Part shown: positions 38,307 through 46,378 of the stretch, piece after piece
Layout: each line of letters starts with the position of its first letter
Position numbering within the stretch: the stretch's first letter is position 1
Origin: a virus
Lineage: Duplodnaviria; Caudoviricetes
IMG/VR virus record: IMGVR_UViG_3300043015_001816
Coordinates: 1 to 54,546 of that record
Strand: one strand, 5' to 3'
Length of the DNA stretch: 54,546 bases
The notes under the pieces: model-generated
What the model saw: the letters and a program-made list of their open reading frames with translations, nothing else
What the model was told of the DNA's origin: nothing
Database searches by the model: none
Program-made: the position numbers and the translations under genes

Positions 38307-38727
38307 TTAAAGAGGATAGTTGATTTTTTAGATTGTCTGCCACTTTGTTTCTTAAGCTAATTATAAATTCAGCAGAGAACAAAGATACTGGAATTTGATA
38401 TGTGATATCCCCAACAGAGATCCTTACTTTACTACCATGAATATAGATTCTCTCTGGATTTAAACGTTTTATATTAGACATATCTTCAGGAATCATATCA
38501 ATTTTATCAGCATGCATGTAATGATTTAACTGATACTCATTGTTAGTGTGTTTAGGATTTTTATGAGTGTTCTTTCCATATTTGAAAATTACTTTGTCGG
38601 TGATAAGCCTACCAAATTTTCTCATAAACATACTCCTGATTACGTTTGGGTCTGTTTCATCAAGGTTCATTAGGAAGTTTTTTCCTTGAATGGACATTCT
38701 TCCTCTGTGGTGTTTTGCTTGTTGCAT
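38293..38727 (-). CDS. Hypothetical protein, first gene after the middle promoter
   Basis: 144 aa with A/T-rich leader. Confidence 0.6.
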   Translation of the reverse strand: MQQAKHHRGRMSIQGKNFLMNLDETDPNVIRSMFMRKFGRLITDKVIFKYGKNTHKNPKHTNNEYQLNHYMHADKIDMIPEDMSNIKRLNPERIYIHGSKVRISVGDITYQIPVSLFSAEFIISLRNKVADNLKNQLSSLNGTV

Positions 38728-38755
38728 AATGTATAGAATTTAATTAATAATATTG

Positions 38756-38799
38756 CTAAGTTATGTTGTTGTTTGTAATTACCCAAAAATTGTTAATAA
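38756..38799 (-). promoter_or_regulatory. Promoter of replication operon with adjacent DnaA-box-like 9-mer
   Basis: Minus strand TTATTAACA, then TTTG-N20-TAACTTAG. Confidence 0.5.
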
Positions 38800-38804
38800 C
38801 TTTC

Positions 38805-39281
38805 CTACCAGCTTGCATTATAGTAGTAATCATCGTCGGGATATAGGCTTAATTCTTTTTTTAGGTTGTAGCTGGTCTCTCTTAGCGAATCAAAGTACCA
38901 GTCATCATAATCTTGAGGTCCAAAAAAGAAGCCCTGTACGGCAGGCAATTTTTCTTCCGCTACCTTTTGTGCTTTTTCAAGAGTTTCGCTGTCTAAGACT
39001 CTTAAAATTTGGTCTATGGTGTCGAGAAGGTCTTCAAGTTGCTCTATTTCTACAAAATATTCTTTGCAATCGTCTAATCCCCCCTGAACCATTTGGACAA
39101 ACCAGTTGTGAATCCAGTTTGTTTTTCGCCAATCCATCACGTCAAAAGTAATTGAATTTATTTTTTCTAAGTTGATCGGTTTGTTTCCTTGAAATGCAAT
39201 CCCTGAAAAAAATTTTTCTGAAGGGTTGTGATCCCAGTTTTTTACATATCTTTTACGTTGTAAGTACATGTCTAATCCCAT
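38805..39281 (-). CDS. Conserved phage hypothetical protein
   Basis: MGLDMYL..WRK.N.IHNWF..GFFFG..YD..Y.ASW pattern. Confidence 0.75.
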   Translation of the reverse strand: MGLDMYLQRKRYVKNWDHNPSEKFFSGIAFQGNKPINLEKINSITFDVMDWRKTNWIHNWFVQMVQGGLDDCKEYFVEIEQLEDLLDTIDQILRVLDSETLEKAQKVAEEKLPAVQGFFFGPQDYDDWYFDSLRETSYNLKKELSLYPDDDYYYNASW

Positions 39282-39313
39282 AGTTTCTGTGTTTTAATTT
39301 TATTTTTTAGGTG

Positions 39314-39466
39314 TTAATGATTATAAGTTTCTTCTAAGTGTCTATAAAGGATATCAAGCCCCCTGTCTACTCCTCTTTTTTCTGCATGATCATGGCTGTC
39401 TTGTACCCATTCGTCATCTGCTTTTATGTCTTCAATTATTCTTTTTATGGTTTCAATGTTTATCAT
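39314..39466 (-). CDS. 50-aa hypothetical protein (not in track)
   Basis: MINIETIKRIIEDIKADDEWVQDSH...; ATGA-coupled to the upstream gene. Confidence 0.6.
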   Translation of the reverse strand: MINIETIKRIIEDIKADDEWVQDSHDHAEKRGVDRGLDILYRHLEETYNH

Positions 39467-39714
39467 GGTTTTTCTTTTTTGAATGAACAAAAGTTTTCGT
39501 GAATGTACTGCTCAGGATCTGCCGATAACACCATGATTTGCTCAATTATTTGTCCGTCCAAAACTTCCTTCATCAAGCTGACATCATATCCAGTTGGATC
39601 CATGATCGCTATCTCCTGCTCTTTGTTGTCGTTGGTGTACTCCCATACTTTGTATGTGTTTCCATTGAACATTATCTCCGTCTCAATAACTTTCGTGTTT
39701 GCTATTCTTTTCAT
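39463..39714 (-). CDS. Hypothetical early protein
   Basis: Likely start MKRIAN after aataaaATG rather than the TTG at 39801. Confidence 0.6.
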   Translation of the reverse strand: MKRIANTKVIETEIMFNGNTYKVWEYTNDNKEQEIAIMDPTGYDVSLMKEVLDGQIIEQIMVLSADPEQYIHENFCSFKKEKP

Positions 39715-39753
39715 TTTATTTATAGAGTTTGTGTTTCTGTGTTTGTTTAAGGT

Positions 39754-39816
39754 GCGGGGGAGGATCAGCCCCGCTCTTAAAACAAAAACAATAATTATCA
39801 AATGAATGTGATCCTC
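39754..39816 (-). other. Intergenic RNA element with two competing helices
   Basis: The gcgggg/ccccgc hairpin has a loop complementary to an 8-mer about 40 nt away. Confidence 0.5.
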
Positions 39817-39834
39817 TTGGTGTGTTTTGTGTTC

Positions 39835-40086
39835 TTATAAATAGAACGGTTGCTCTAATGTTTGAAAATCTATTTTGTTGTAAACTTTTTTAGCTAATTT
39901 CAGGGCATCGTCAAAGATATCCACTCCGTAGATCGGGCGCATAGTTTCACTATCTATCAACTGTATTTCATCGATGTTGTTTTCGATTGTGCATTTGACG
40001 ATAAAATTTCTATCGTTTCTGACCATTGTAAAGGTCATGTTGTATGCAGTTGGGGCAATTGTCGCATCTCTGTATGTTGCTTCCAT
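39835..40086 (-). CDS. Hypothetical early protein
   Basis: 83 aa; A-rich leader. Confidence 0.6.
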   Translation of the reverse strand: MEATYRDATIAPTAYNMTFTMVRNDRNFIVKCTIENNIDEIQLIDSETMRPIYGVDIFDDALKLAKKVYNKIDFQTLEQPFYL

Positions 40087-40100
40087 ATTTTGTCTTGTTT

Positions 40101-40382
40101 TTAATATGTAATAAATTTATCTATGTCCAACTCCTCAAGTAGTCTTTCTGCTATGTGCATCAATGATGGCTCGTGGATTTCATCGCATGGGTCATCAATG
40201 GGATTTATTGATACGTCCAAAATTCGGTCGCCGTTATAATAAACTCCCCTGGCTTCGTATTCAATCCCTTCGTGCATGAACTCAACGTTTAAATGAAATG
40301 TTCCAACCCATGCCTCTTGATATTTTATTTTTACTTGTAATTCTTTCTCAATCTCTGTTGTTCTTGTTTCTGTTGTTTTCAT
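40101..40382 (-). CDS. Hypothetical acidic early protein
   Basis: 93 aa. Confidence 0.6.
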   Translation of the reverse strand: MKTTETRTTEIEKELQVKIKYQEAWVGTFHLNVEFMHEGIEYEARGVYYNGDRILDVSINPIDDPCDEIHEPSLMHIAERLLEELDIDKFITY

Positions 40383-40388
40383 AAATTA

Positions 40389-40613
40389 TTAGCTTAGTTC
40401 GTTGATATACTTTTGTAATAAATGATTAACGATTAATTCATTATGTTTTATGTTCTCATATAATTGCCCATAATAACTGCAAGCTTCTATCTTTAAACGC
40501 TCTACTTCCTTTTGTCTTTTTCGTTTTGTCTTAACTATAATTTCATATTGATTTTTAACTGGCTCGCCTGTTCGTGTACTTGTTAAAGGATAAACTTTTA
40601 CTGGTGTTTTCAT
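40389..40613 (-). CDS. Hypothetical early protein
   Basis: 74 aa; A-rich leader. Confidence 0.55.
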   Translation of the reverse strand: MKTPVKVYPLTSTRTGEPVKNQYEIIVKTKRKRQKEVERLKIEACSYYGQLYENIKHNELIVNHLLQKYINELS

Positions 40614-40626
40614 TGTTTTGATTTTT

Positions 40627-40646
40627 AAAGGGGCATTGCTGCCCCC
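40627..40646 (-). terminator. GNRA hairpin, weak terminator or processing site
   Basis: Minus strand ggggca-GCAA-tgcccc followed by only three T. Confidence 0.5.
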
Positions 40647-40652
40647 GTTTGC

Positions 40653-40847
40653 TTAAATAAATTTTACGTTGTTTTCGTTTAATAGTTTTTTTGCCGTTTC
40701 GGATCCGCATCCGCTATAATCAGCGATTTGACCCTTTTCATCTAAAAATATTTCAATATCGTAGTCGAATATATAACTTGTTCCGACCGCCTCTCCTCTG
40801 AGAAATTCTATTTTCTTTTGTAGTAAATCTATCATGACTTGTTTCAT
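40653..40847 (-). CDS. Hypothetical early protein
   Basis: 64 aa. Confidence 0.55.
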   Translation of the reverse strand: MKQVMIDLLQKKIEFLRGEAVGTSYIFDYDIEIFLDEKGQIADYSGCGSETAKKLLNENNVKFI

Positions 40848-40854
40848 TTGATTT

Positions 40855-41247
40855 TTAGAAATTATTGTATTGTTTCATTCTTTCGCTATACCTCGCCCTT
40901 TTGTACCCTCCGCATAGGGTTATGAATAGGTTGTATTGAGCTTTGAAAAGCATGTCCATTCCGCATCCGCTTATAGATCCGTTTGGGCTTACCCCTGCAA
41001 GCTTTAGGATGTTTGGGTTTCCAATGTTCACCAGTCTATTTTTATAAATGTAGGCGAGTTTGATTTTTCTACTCATTCCCGATCTACTCACTGAAATAAC
41101 GCCAGCATAAAACTTACCCGACAGCATGGCGTTTTTGATCTTTGTTAGTTCTTTTGCCATATAATTAATTTGTGCCTCCCTGTAAATTGTTGGCTCATCC
41201 TTACTCATGGCTGTGGCTAATTTCTGAATGTGTTTTGTTGTTTTCAT
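40855..41247 (-). CDS. Conserved phage early protein
   Basis: SVSRSGMSR.I and GCGMDM motifs. Confidence 0.7.
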   Translation of the reverse strand: MKTTKHIQKLATAMSKDEPTIYREAQINYMAKELTKIKNAMLSGKFYAGVISVSRSGMSRKIKLAYIYKNRLVNIGNPNILKLAGVSPNGSISGCGMDMLFKAQYNLFITLCGGYKRARYSERMKQYNNF

Positions 41248-41588
41248 TATAATTGTTTTTTATTTGTATTAACGTTTTCATCATAATAGTGCTTTATTTG
41301 TATTAACTCTTTTTTATTGCACTTCCTTTGTAAATTGCTCCTTAGAATTATGTTGTTTTCTTGGCAATATGCTCGGAGGCTCTGCCCATAATTGGGGGAA
41401 ATCTTATTGAACTGTGTTAAAATCGCTTTTGCTTCCTGTTCGTATTGCATCCCGTACCCGTATTGAAACCACATTAAAAATGTTTCTTTATCCTTCAAAT
41501 CATAATTAAGGGTAACAGTTCCAGCAAAATAGCTGTTTCCATTTACTCTGTCATACCATTCTTTTGCGTCAATGTCTATTGTTTTCAT
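41247..41588 (-). CDS. Conserved phage early protein, first gene of the leftward operon
   Basis: AKEW.DRVNGNSYF and FQYGYG motifs. Confidence 0.7.
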   Translation of the reverse strand: MKTIDIDAKEWYDRVNGNSYFAGTVTLNYDLKDKETFLMWFQYGYGMQYEQEAKAILTQFNKISPNYGQSLRAYCQENNIILRSNLQRKCNKKELIQIKHYYDENVNTNKKQL

Positions 41589-41625
41589 CTGATTAGATTT
41601 TAAATGTTTTATTGTTTTGATGATG

Positions 41626-41657
41626 TAAAAGTATATAGAGGGGTCGAACTAACCAAA
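41626..41657 (-). promoter_or_regulatory. Early promoter (Bacteroidota housekeeping sigma type)
   Basis: Minus strand TTTG-N20-TACTTTTA upstream of the ATG at 41588. Confidence 0.65.
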
Positions 41658-41662
41658 TAAAA

Positions 41663-41742
41663 ATCGATAAAGTGCACACCTTTTTTTCAAACCCCCGTAA
41701 ACACTGGGCATCTGGATGGGATCATTTTATCGATAAAGTGCA
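41663..41742. repeat. 14-bp direct repeat x2
   Basis: atcgataaagtgca at 41663 and 41729; the second copy overlaps the palindrome tttatcgataaa. Confidence 0.85.
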
Positions 41743-41940
41743 AACATAGATTTTTATAATTGCGTTTTCCTTATAAAATGAAAATATATTTTTTGCGGGG
41801 TTGCGGACAATTGGCAATGACTATAACGCCCAGTTAACCAGGACCATCAAAGAAGTTTAGGCGGTGCGTAAAATTGGGGGGTATGTTTAATCGTAAATTT
41901 TCGGAAAGGGGGGGTTGGTCAACTGCTCGAACAGTTCGCC

Positions 41941-42167
41941 CAAACTTTCGCACACGTCCCCCACATAGGTGACAAAACCTAAAAAGTTTTGCCCACGTCA
42001 CCGAAAGCGTTGGGGGGGTGCGTTTGTCAGATGCGTTTTCTGTACGACATGTAGATCTGTAATGTATATATAACCCAAAACCAAAACATTTCTAACGTGG
42101 CACAAAAAGTGGACATTAGTTGTATACTACTTATGGTGTACAGTTATTTGGCGTCTTTTTATGCCAC
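41941..42167 (+). other. Two long imperfect hairpins in the main non-coding region
   Basis: Nested inverted repeats at 41941-42026 and 42097-42167. Confidence 0.55.
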
Positions 42168-42339
42168 ACTTTTCAACTCACATAGTATTGTCGTTTTTCA
42201 CCCTTTATATATAGAATGAAAAAGTACAAATATGCCTATAACAGGAAGGTGACAATAAATAAAACGCAATAGGTAACAAAGTGTCCCATAATGGTACATA
42301 AATATATGACAATAGCGAACAGTGTATAATATTATTTCT

Positions 42340-42415
42340 TATCTTTGACTGTTGCATAATTTTTCTTTTAAATGATGAGAGGGGGTGAATCCTTTGAAGC
42401 CTCCTCTTTTTTTTT
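42340..42415 (+). ncRNA. Candidate ~63-nt sRNA with its promoter and terminator
   Basis: TATCTTTG, then a U-rich segment containing CAU, then an agagggggt/gcctcctct stem and T8. Confidence 0.5.
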
Positions 42416-42431
42416 AACAACACATAGAGAT

Positions 42432-42566
42432 ATGACTAGTATTAATTTTATATTCCAACCTCCTTATGCCTTAATGGTTGGAGCGGAAGTATTTCAAAGT
42501 AATGAAGATAAGATCGATGGGTTCGCCATACATCTTTTACTTTTTAGCGTAGAGGTTTATTGGTAG
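42432..42566 (+). CDS. 44-aa hydrophobic beta-type peptide
   Basis: MTSINFIFQ...FAIHLLLFSVEVYW; the longer start in the track runs through a terminator. Confidence 0.55.
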   Translation: MTSINFIFQPPYALMVGAEVFQSNEDKIDGFAIHLLLFSVEVYW

Positions 42567-42582
42567 ATTTGTCAATTAATGT

Positions 42583-42590
42583 TATATTTG
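42583..42590 (+). promoter_or_regulatory. -7 promoter element for groEL-groES
   Basis: TATATTTG 25 nt before ATG 42616. Confidence 0.65.
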
Positions 42591-42615
42591 TGGCATAAAT
42601 CAAATACAATATAAC

Positions 42616-44208
42616 ATGATTGAAAAAGATATAGACTTTGACAAGGACGCTAAGGACAAACTTAAGTCTGGAGTAGACAAGATTGCTAATGCAGTTAAAT
42701 CTACATTGGGAGCAGCAGGGACAACTGTAATCTTAGAGGACGATTTAGGTAGACCTCATGTAACAAAAGATGGGGTGACTGTAGCTAGATATGTTAACCT
42801 TTCTGATCCGGTAGAGCATCTTGCTGCGGAGATTGTAAAGCAGGCATCTATAAAGACTGCTGATGAAGCTGGGGATGGAACAACTACATCTATTGTTTTG
42901 GCTCAAGCAATAATTAACGAGGCATTCAGAGAGCTGGAGGATAATCCTGAGCTAAATGTAACTTCTTTAAGGAAGGCTATTGAGGAGGCTTCAGAGGTCG
43001 TTTGTGGTTTTCTTGATAGTAAGGCAAAGCCTGTAGACGAAAACAGTCTTAAATACGTTGCCACTATTTCAGCTAATAATGATCCTGAACTTGGAAAGAT
43101 CATATCAGAGGCATACAATATTGTTGGGGTTGATGGAGTTCTTACAATAGAAGAGTCAATGTCTAAGGATACTCATGTAGAGATTGCTGAAGGAACTAGA
43201 ATAAAGAGAGGATTTCATTCTCCGTATCTTATAACTGACAAAGAAAAGAATCAAGCCGTCTTGGAAAACCCCCTTGTATTAATTGCAGACAAGAAGGTTA
43301 ATACTATAGAAGACATTGAGCTTCCATTGAAAGCGGCAATGGGAGTTAAAAGACCTATCCTTATTATAGCGGATGTTGAGACTGCTGTTATGAATACACT
43401 CAATGTAAACAAAGCTAGGGGCATCTTGCAAGTTAATGTTCTAACCCCAGAAGGAGTTGGACTAAATAGATTTGAACTTCTAGAGGACTTGGCGGTCATG
43501 ACAGGAGCTACTGTAGTATCTGATGATACAGGTAACGATTGGAATGGTGTGACAGCTGAGTTTCTTGGCGAAGCCAAAAAGTCGGTGTCAACAAACAAAG
43601 AGACTATCTTAACTCTAAATTTAAAAAAAACAGCTGCCGCTGTTAAAGAACAAGCAGAGAGGGTGAGATCTGTCCTAAAGTCTAAAGAGGACACGGATAA
43701 CAACTGGCATTATAAAGACAGGCTTTCAAGGCTAGCTGGAGGTATTGCTGTTATATATGTAGGGGCTCTTAGTGAGGTGGAGATGAAAGAGAGGAAGGAT
43801 AGGGTTGATGATGCTGTGTCTGCTACAAGGGCCGCTTTAGAGGAAGGTATACTTCCAGGTGGAGGGTCCGCACTGTTTCATGCAACAAGCAAACTGCAAA
43901 GCAAACAGATTAAATCTAAAAGCAAGGAGATTCAAAAAGGATATCACATACTTCAAAATGCTATAGAGCAGCCATTCATTACGATACTTGAAAACGCTGG
44001 TGCAAATCATATGTATGCTGCTATTGAGATATTTAAGTCCGGAAGACACACAACTGGATATGACGTAAAAAAGAACAGAACTGGCAACATGTATTCTTTC
44101 GGTATCATAGATCCTTTAAAGGTAACAAAGAACGCTTTGAGAAATGCAGTATCTGTTGCCACTACAATACTTCAAACTAACTGTGTGATTTCAAATAAAA
44201 GAGCATGA
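42616..44208 (+). CDS. groEL: Chaperonin GroEL
   Basis: VTKDGVTVA, AGDGTTT, ERKDRVDDA, EEGILPGGG and GIIDPLKV motifs; no GGM tail. Confidence 0.97.
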   Translation: MIEKDIDFDKDAKDKLKSGVDKIANAVKSTLGAAGTTVILEDDLGRPHVTKDGVTVARYVNLSDPVEHLAAEIVKQASIKTADEAGDGTTTSIVLAQAIINEAFRELEDNPELNVTSLRKAIEEASEVVCGFLDSKAKPVDENSLKYVATISANNDPELGKIISEAYNIVGVDGVLTIEESMSKDTHVEIAEGTRIKRGFHSPYLITDKEKNQAVLENPLVLIADKKVNTIEDIELPLKAAMGVKRPILIIADVETAVMNTLNVNKARGILQVNVLTPEGVGLNRFELLEDLAVMTGATVVSDDTGNDWNGVTAEFLGEAKKSVSTNKETILTLNLKKTAAAVKEQAERVRSVLKSKEDTDNNWHYKDRLSRLAGGIAVIYVGALSEVEMKERKDRVDDAVSATRAALEEGILPGGGSALFHATSKLQSKQIKSKSKEIQKGYHILQNAIEQPFITILENAGANHMYAAIEIFKSGRHTTGYDVKKNRTGNMYSFGIIDPLKVTKNALRNAVSVATTILQTNCVISNKRA

Positions 44209-44483
44209 GCAAGGTGTCAAAAAGTTTTAAAGCTATAGGATCATTTGTTGTTTTAGAGAAAGAGAAGGAGGAGGTAAAAAATTCAATGGGCCTTATTATG
44301 ACTGAAGCCAACGAGAAAGATATAAGGTATAAGTTGGCTAAGGTTAAATCTGTAGGTGATGATGTTTTGGGTATATGCAATGGAGATTCCGTTTATTTTG
44401 ATTCTGCTGCTGGGTCTGACATTCGTATCAATGGGGATAAGCTAACCATCGTTCACGACAGGAACATTGTGGTGGTTCTGTGA
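44205..44483 (+). CDS. groES: Co-chaperonin GroES
   Basis: 92 aa directly after groEL; mobile loop MGLIM, AKVKSVG, GDSVYF. Confidence 0.85.
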   Translation: MSKVSKSFKAIGSFVVLEKEKEEVKNSMGLIMTEANEKDIRYKLAKVKSVGDDVLGICNGDSVYFDSAAGSDIRINGDKLTIVHDRNIVVVL

Positions 44484-45223
44484 AACTCTTTGAGTATGTA
44501 GATGACAGTCAGCATCAGCTGATGACTCAGCACGACTTCAAAGGAGCTGACTTTGTTTGGTACAATTCTCCAGTAGATCACTATGACATAAGACAAATAC
44601 ATAGTAAGATATCTGGCTTTGATCATCTTCAATATTATGCGGAGGTTTACTTTCATCTTAATCCAGATTTAAACTTATCAATATTTAAGGGTTTGTTTCA
44701 TTGGCTTGGAACTAGAGAAAGTGGAAGGAGTGTTAGAACTTATGGTAAGCCAAGAATAGATCAAATGATTGAAATGGTTTATTATAGAAAGCCTCACCCT
44801 TGGTGTAGAAGAAAAAGAAGGGTTGTTTTTAATCCCGAAGTAATAATCTCTCCTGTTGAAAAAATGAGCATAACCGCTACTATTGTTGGTAGAGGTGTGT
44901 CTTACACTAAAAAGGATTTACTAAATGTTTTAGATTCCATGTACAGAGCCAGAATGCTGGCAACACAGGATAGTATTGCTGACAATCTAGGGTGCAGTAA
45001 AAGAACAATACAAAGGCTGATGACTAAAACCATGAAAACAATAGTAAACAACAATAACAAGTTAATTAAGAGAGAAGAAAAAATATCTAAAGTTATTGAA
45101 TGGATTGACGTGTTGAGTTCAGAAGGAGAAAAACTTAAGATGAGATACTTAAAAGATATAACTAACGTTAGAGATTACTCAATACTTAAGGAGGCTATAA
45201 CTCGATATGAGGATCAGTGGTAG
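44480..45223 (+). CDS. HTH-containing DNA-binding protein
   Basis: TQDSIADNLGCSKRTIQR helix-turn-helix. Confidence 0.6.
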   Translation: MKLFEYVDDSQHQLMTQHDFKGADFVWYNSPVDHYDIRQIHSKISGFDHLQYYAEVYFHLNPDLNLSIFKGLFHWLGTRESGRSVRTYGKPRIDQMIEMVYYRKPHPWCRRKRRVVFNPEVIISPVEKMSITATIVGRGVSYTKKDLLNVLDSMYRARMLATQDSIADNLGCSKRTIQRLMTKTMKTIVNNNNKLIKREEKISKVIEWIDVLSSEGEKLKMRYLKDITNVRDYSILKEAITRYEDQW

Positions 45224-45695
45224 TTGTTCTGTAGTTCATTTTCTTTATAAGACTCCTATATACTTTATCCATGTAAGTTTCCCCTTTCATTATTTTGTTT
45301 TTGTATGGATCTTCTGATATTGTTTCCATTCCTAGAAGTTTTTTATATGTATGGGAACATATAAGTTTTGCTTTTTGAGTTAGCTGGTATAGTTGTTTAT
45401 GCTTTGCTACTTTTCCTTTTCTCCAAACAACTATTAATTCTCTATCTACCATATCACTGAACCTGCCTCTATCCCACGACATAGAGTTGGCAAACTTATT
45501 AAAAAGTTCTTTATCGAATACGTTTTCATCGTAAAGAAACAAAAGCATTTCCAGCTCTGATAGACTGAGCTCGTATCTTTTTTGTATATAGTATCTAACA
45601 ATTCTCCAGTTTTTTAAAAAATCAAACTCTCTTTCTGTGGGTTTATATACGGGAGTTTTTTTAGGTTTCTTTTTCAGGTAGTACCTGTTATACAT
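45195..45695 (-). CDS. MarR-like winged-helix protein
   Basis: LSLSELEMLLFL...YQLTQKAK; the only minus-strand gene in this block. Confidence 0.6.
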   Translation of the reverse strand: MYNRYYLKKKPKKTPVYKPTEREFDFLKNWRIVRYYIQKRYELSLSELEMLLFLYDENVFDKELFNKFANSMSWDRGRFSDMVDRELIVVWRKGKVAKHKQLYQLTQKAKLICSHTYKKLLGMETISEDPYKNKIMKGETYMDKVYRSLIKKMNYRTTTTDPHIEL

Positions 45696-45715
45696 GTGAT
45701 TTCATTATATGCTGT

Positions 45716-45747
45716 CAAATCTACAAAATTTAAAATTCTTATCTTTG
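45716..45747. promoter_or_regulatory. Back-to-back divergent -7 elements
   Basis: TAGATTTG on minus (45716-45723) and TATCTTTG on plus (45740-45747). Confidence 0.6.
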
Positions 45748-45769
45748 TCTCAGGAAATAAAATACCACA

Positions 45770-46069
45770 ATGGCTCCAAGAGTTGATAAAAGTAGCATGG
45801 CTTGCAACACACCAAAGAAAAGCCCAAACCCTAAAAAGAAAAGGGTTGTTAAGGCTTGCTCTGGTGGACAAGAAAAAATTATACACTATGGAGCTACTGG
45901 CTATGGACACAATTATTCTGCTGCCGCAAGAAAATCTTTTCGTGCAAGACATAAATGCGGAGAGGCAACTAATAAGTTGACTGCTAGGTATTGGGCATGT
46001 AAAGATCTCTGGGCTGGCCCAGGAGGGTCGAAGCAGTCTTCACCAAAAAATAAAAAAGGAAAATACTAA
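45770..46069 (+). CDS. Basic conserved protein (DUF6321/DUF5754-like)
   Basis: KIIHYG..G...RKSFRARHKC...TARYWAC..LW pattern. Confidence 0.7.
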   Translation: MAPRVDKSSMACNTPKKSPNPKKKRVVKACSGGQEKIIHYGATGYGHNYSAAARKSFRARHKCGEATNKLTARYWACKDLWAGPGGSKQSSPKNKKGKY

Positions 46070-46251
46070 TGGCAAATCCATTTAAGAATCATAAAGGTGT
46101 TGGAGACACTGTGGAGGCTTTGACGACAGCTACTGGAATAAAAGCTATAGTTGATGCCGGGTCTAAAGCTTTTAACAAGCCTTGCGGTTGCGGGTCTAGA
46201 AAGAAAACATTAAACGACATGTTTCCCTATGGCAAAAGAAAAGAGAAATAA
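46069..46251 (+). CDS. Small conserved protein with CGC motif
   Basis: GVGDTVE..T.ATGIK...PCGC..RK..LN..FPY. Confidence 0.7.
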   Translation: MANPFKNHKGVGDTVEALTTATGIKAIVDAGSKAFNKPCGCGSRKKTLNDMFPYGKRKEK

Positions 46252-46378
46252 AATCTGTGCATCTGGAATAGCCTGGGCAAAAAAAACTTTTGACAGGTAT
46301 CCCTCTGCTTATGCTAACATGGCAGCGAGTAAGTATTGTAAAGATCCAAACTATGCAAAAAAATCTAAACGCAAATGA
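46229..46378 (+). CDS. 49-aa basic protein (not in track)
   Basis: MAKEKRNKICASGIAWAKKTFDRYPSAYANMAASKYCK...; YPSAYAN motif. Confidence 0.65.
   Translation: MAKEKRNKICASGIAWAKKTFDRYPSAYANMAASKYCKDPNYAKKSKRK

Noticed and set aside
38753-39805. Plus-strand ORFs at 38753, 39503 and 39538
   Set aside because: Antisense to well-supported early genes.
41797-42018. G-tracts as a G-quadruplex
   Set aside because: The tracts are tens of bases apart and one is explained by hairpin pairing.
42205-42423. 72-aa minus-strand ORF and the 42372 start in the non-coding region
   Set aside because: Both run through a promoter/terminator unit; ATG 42432 is the more plausible start.
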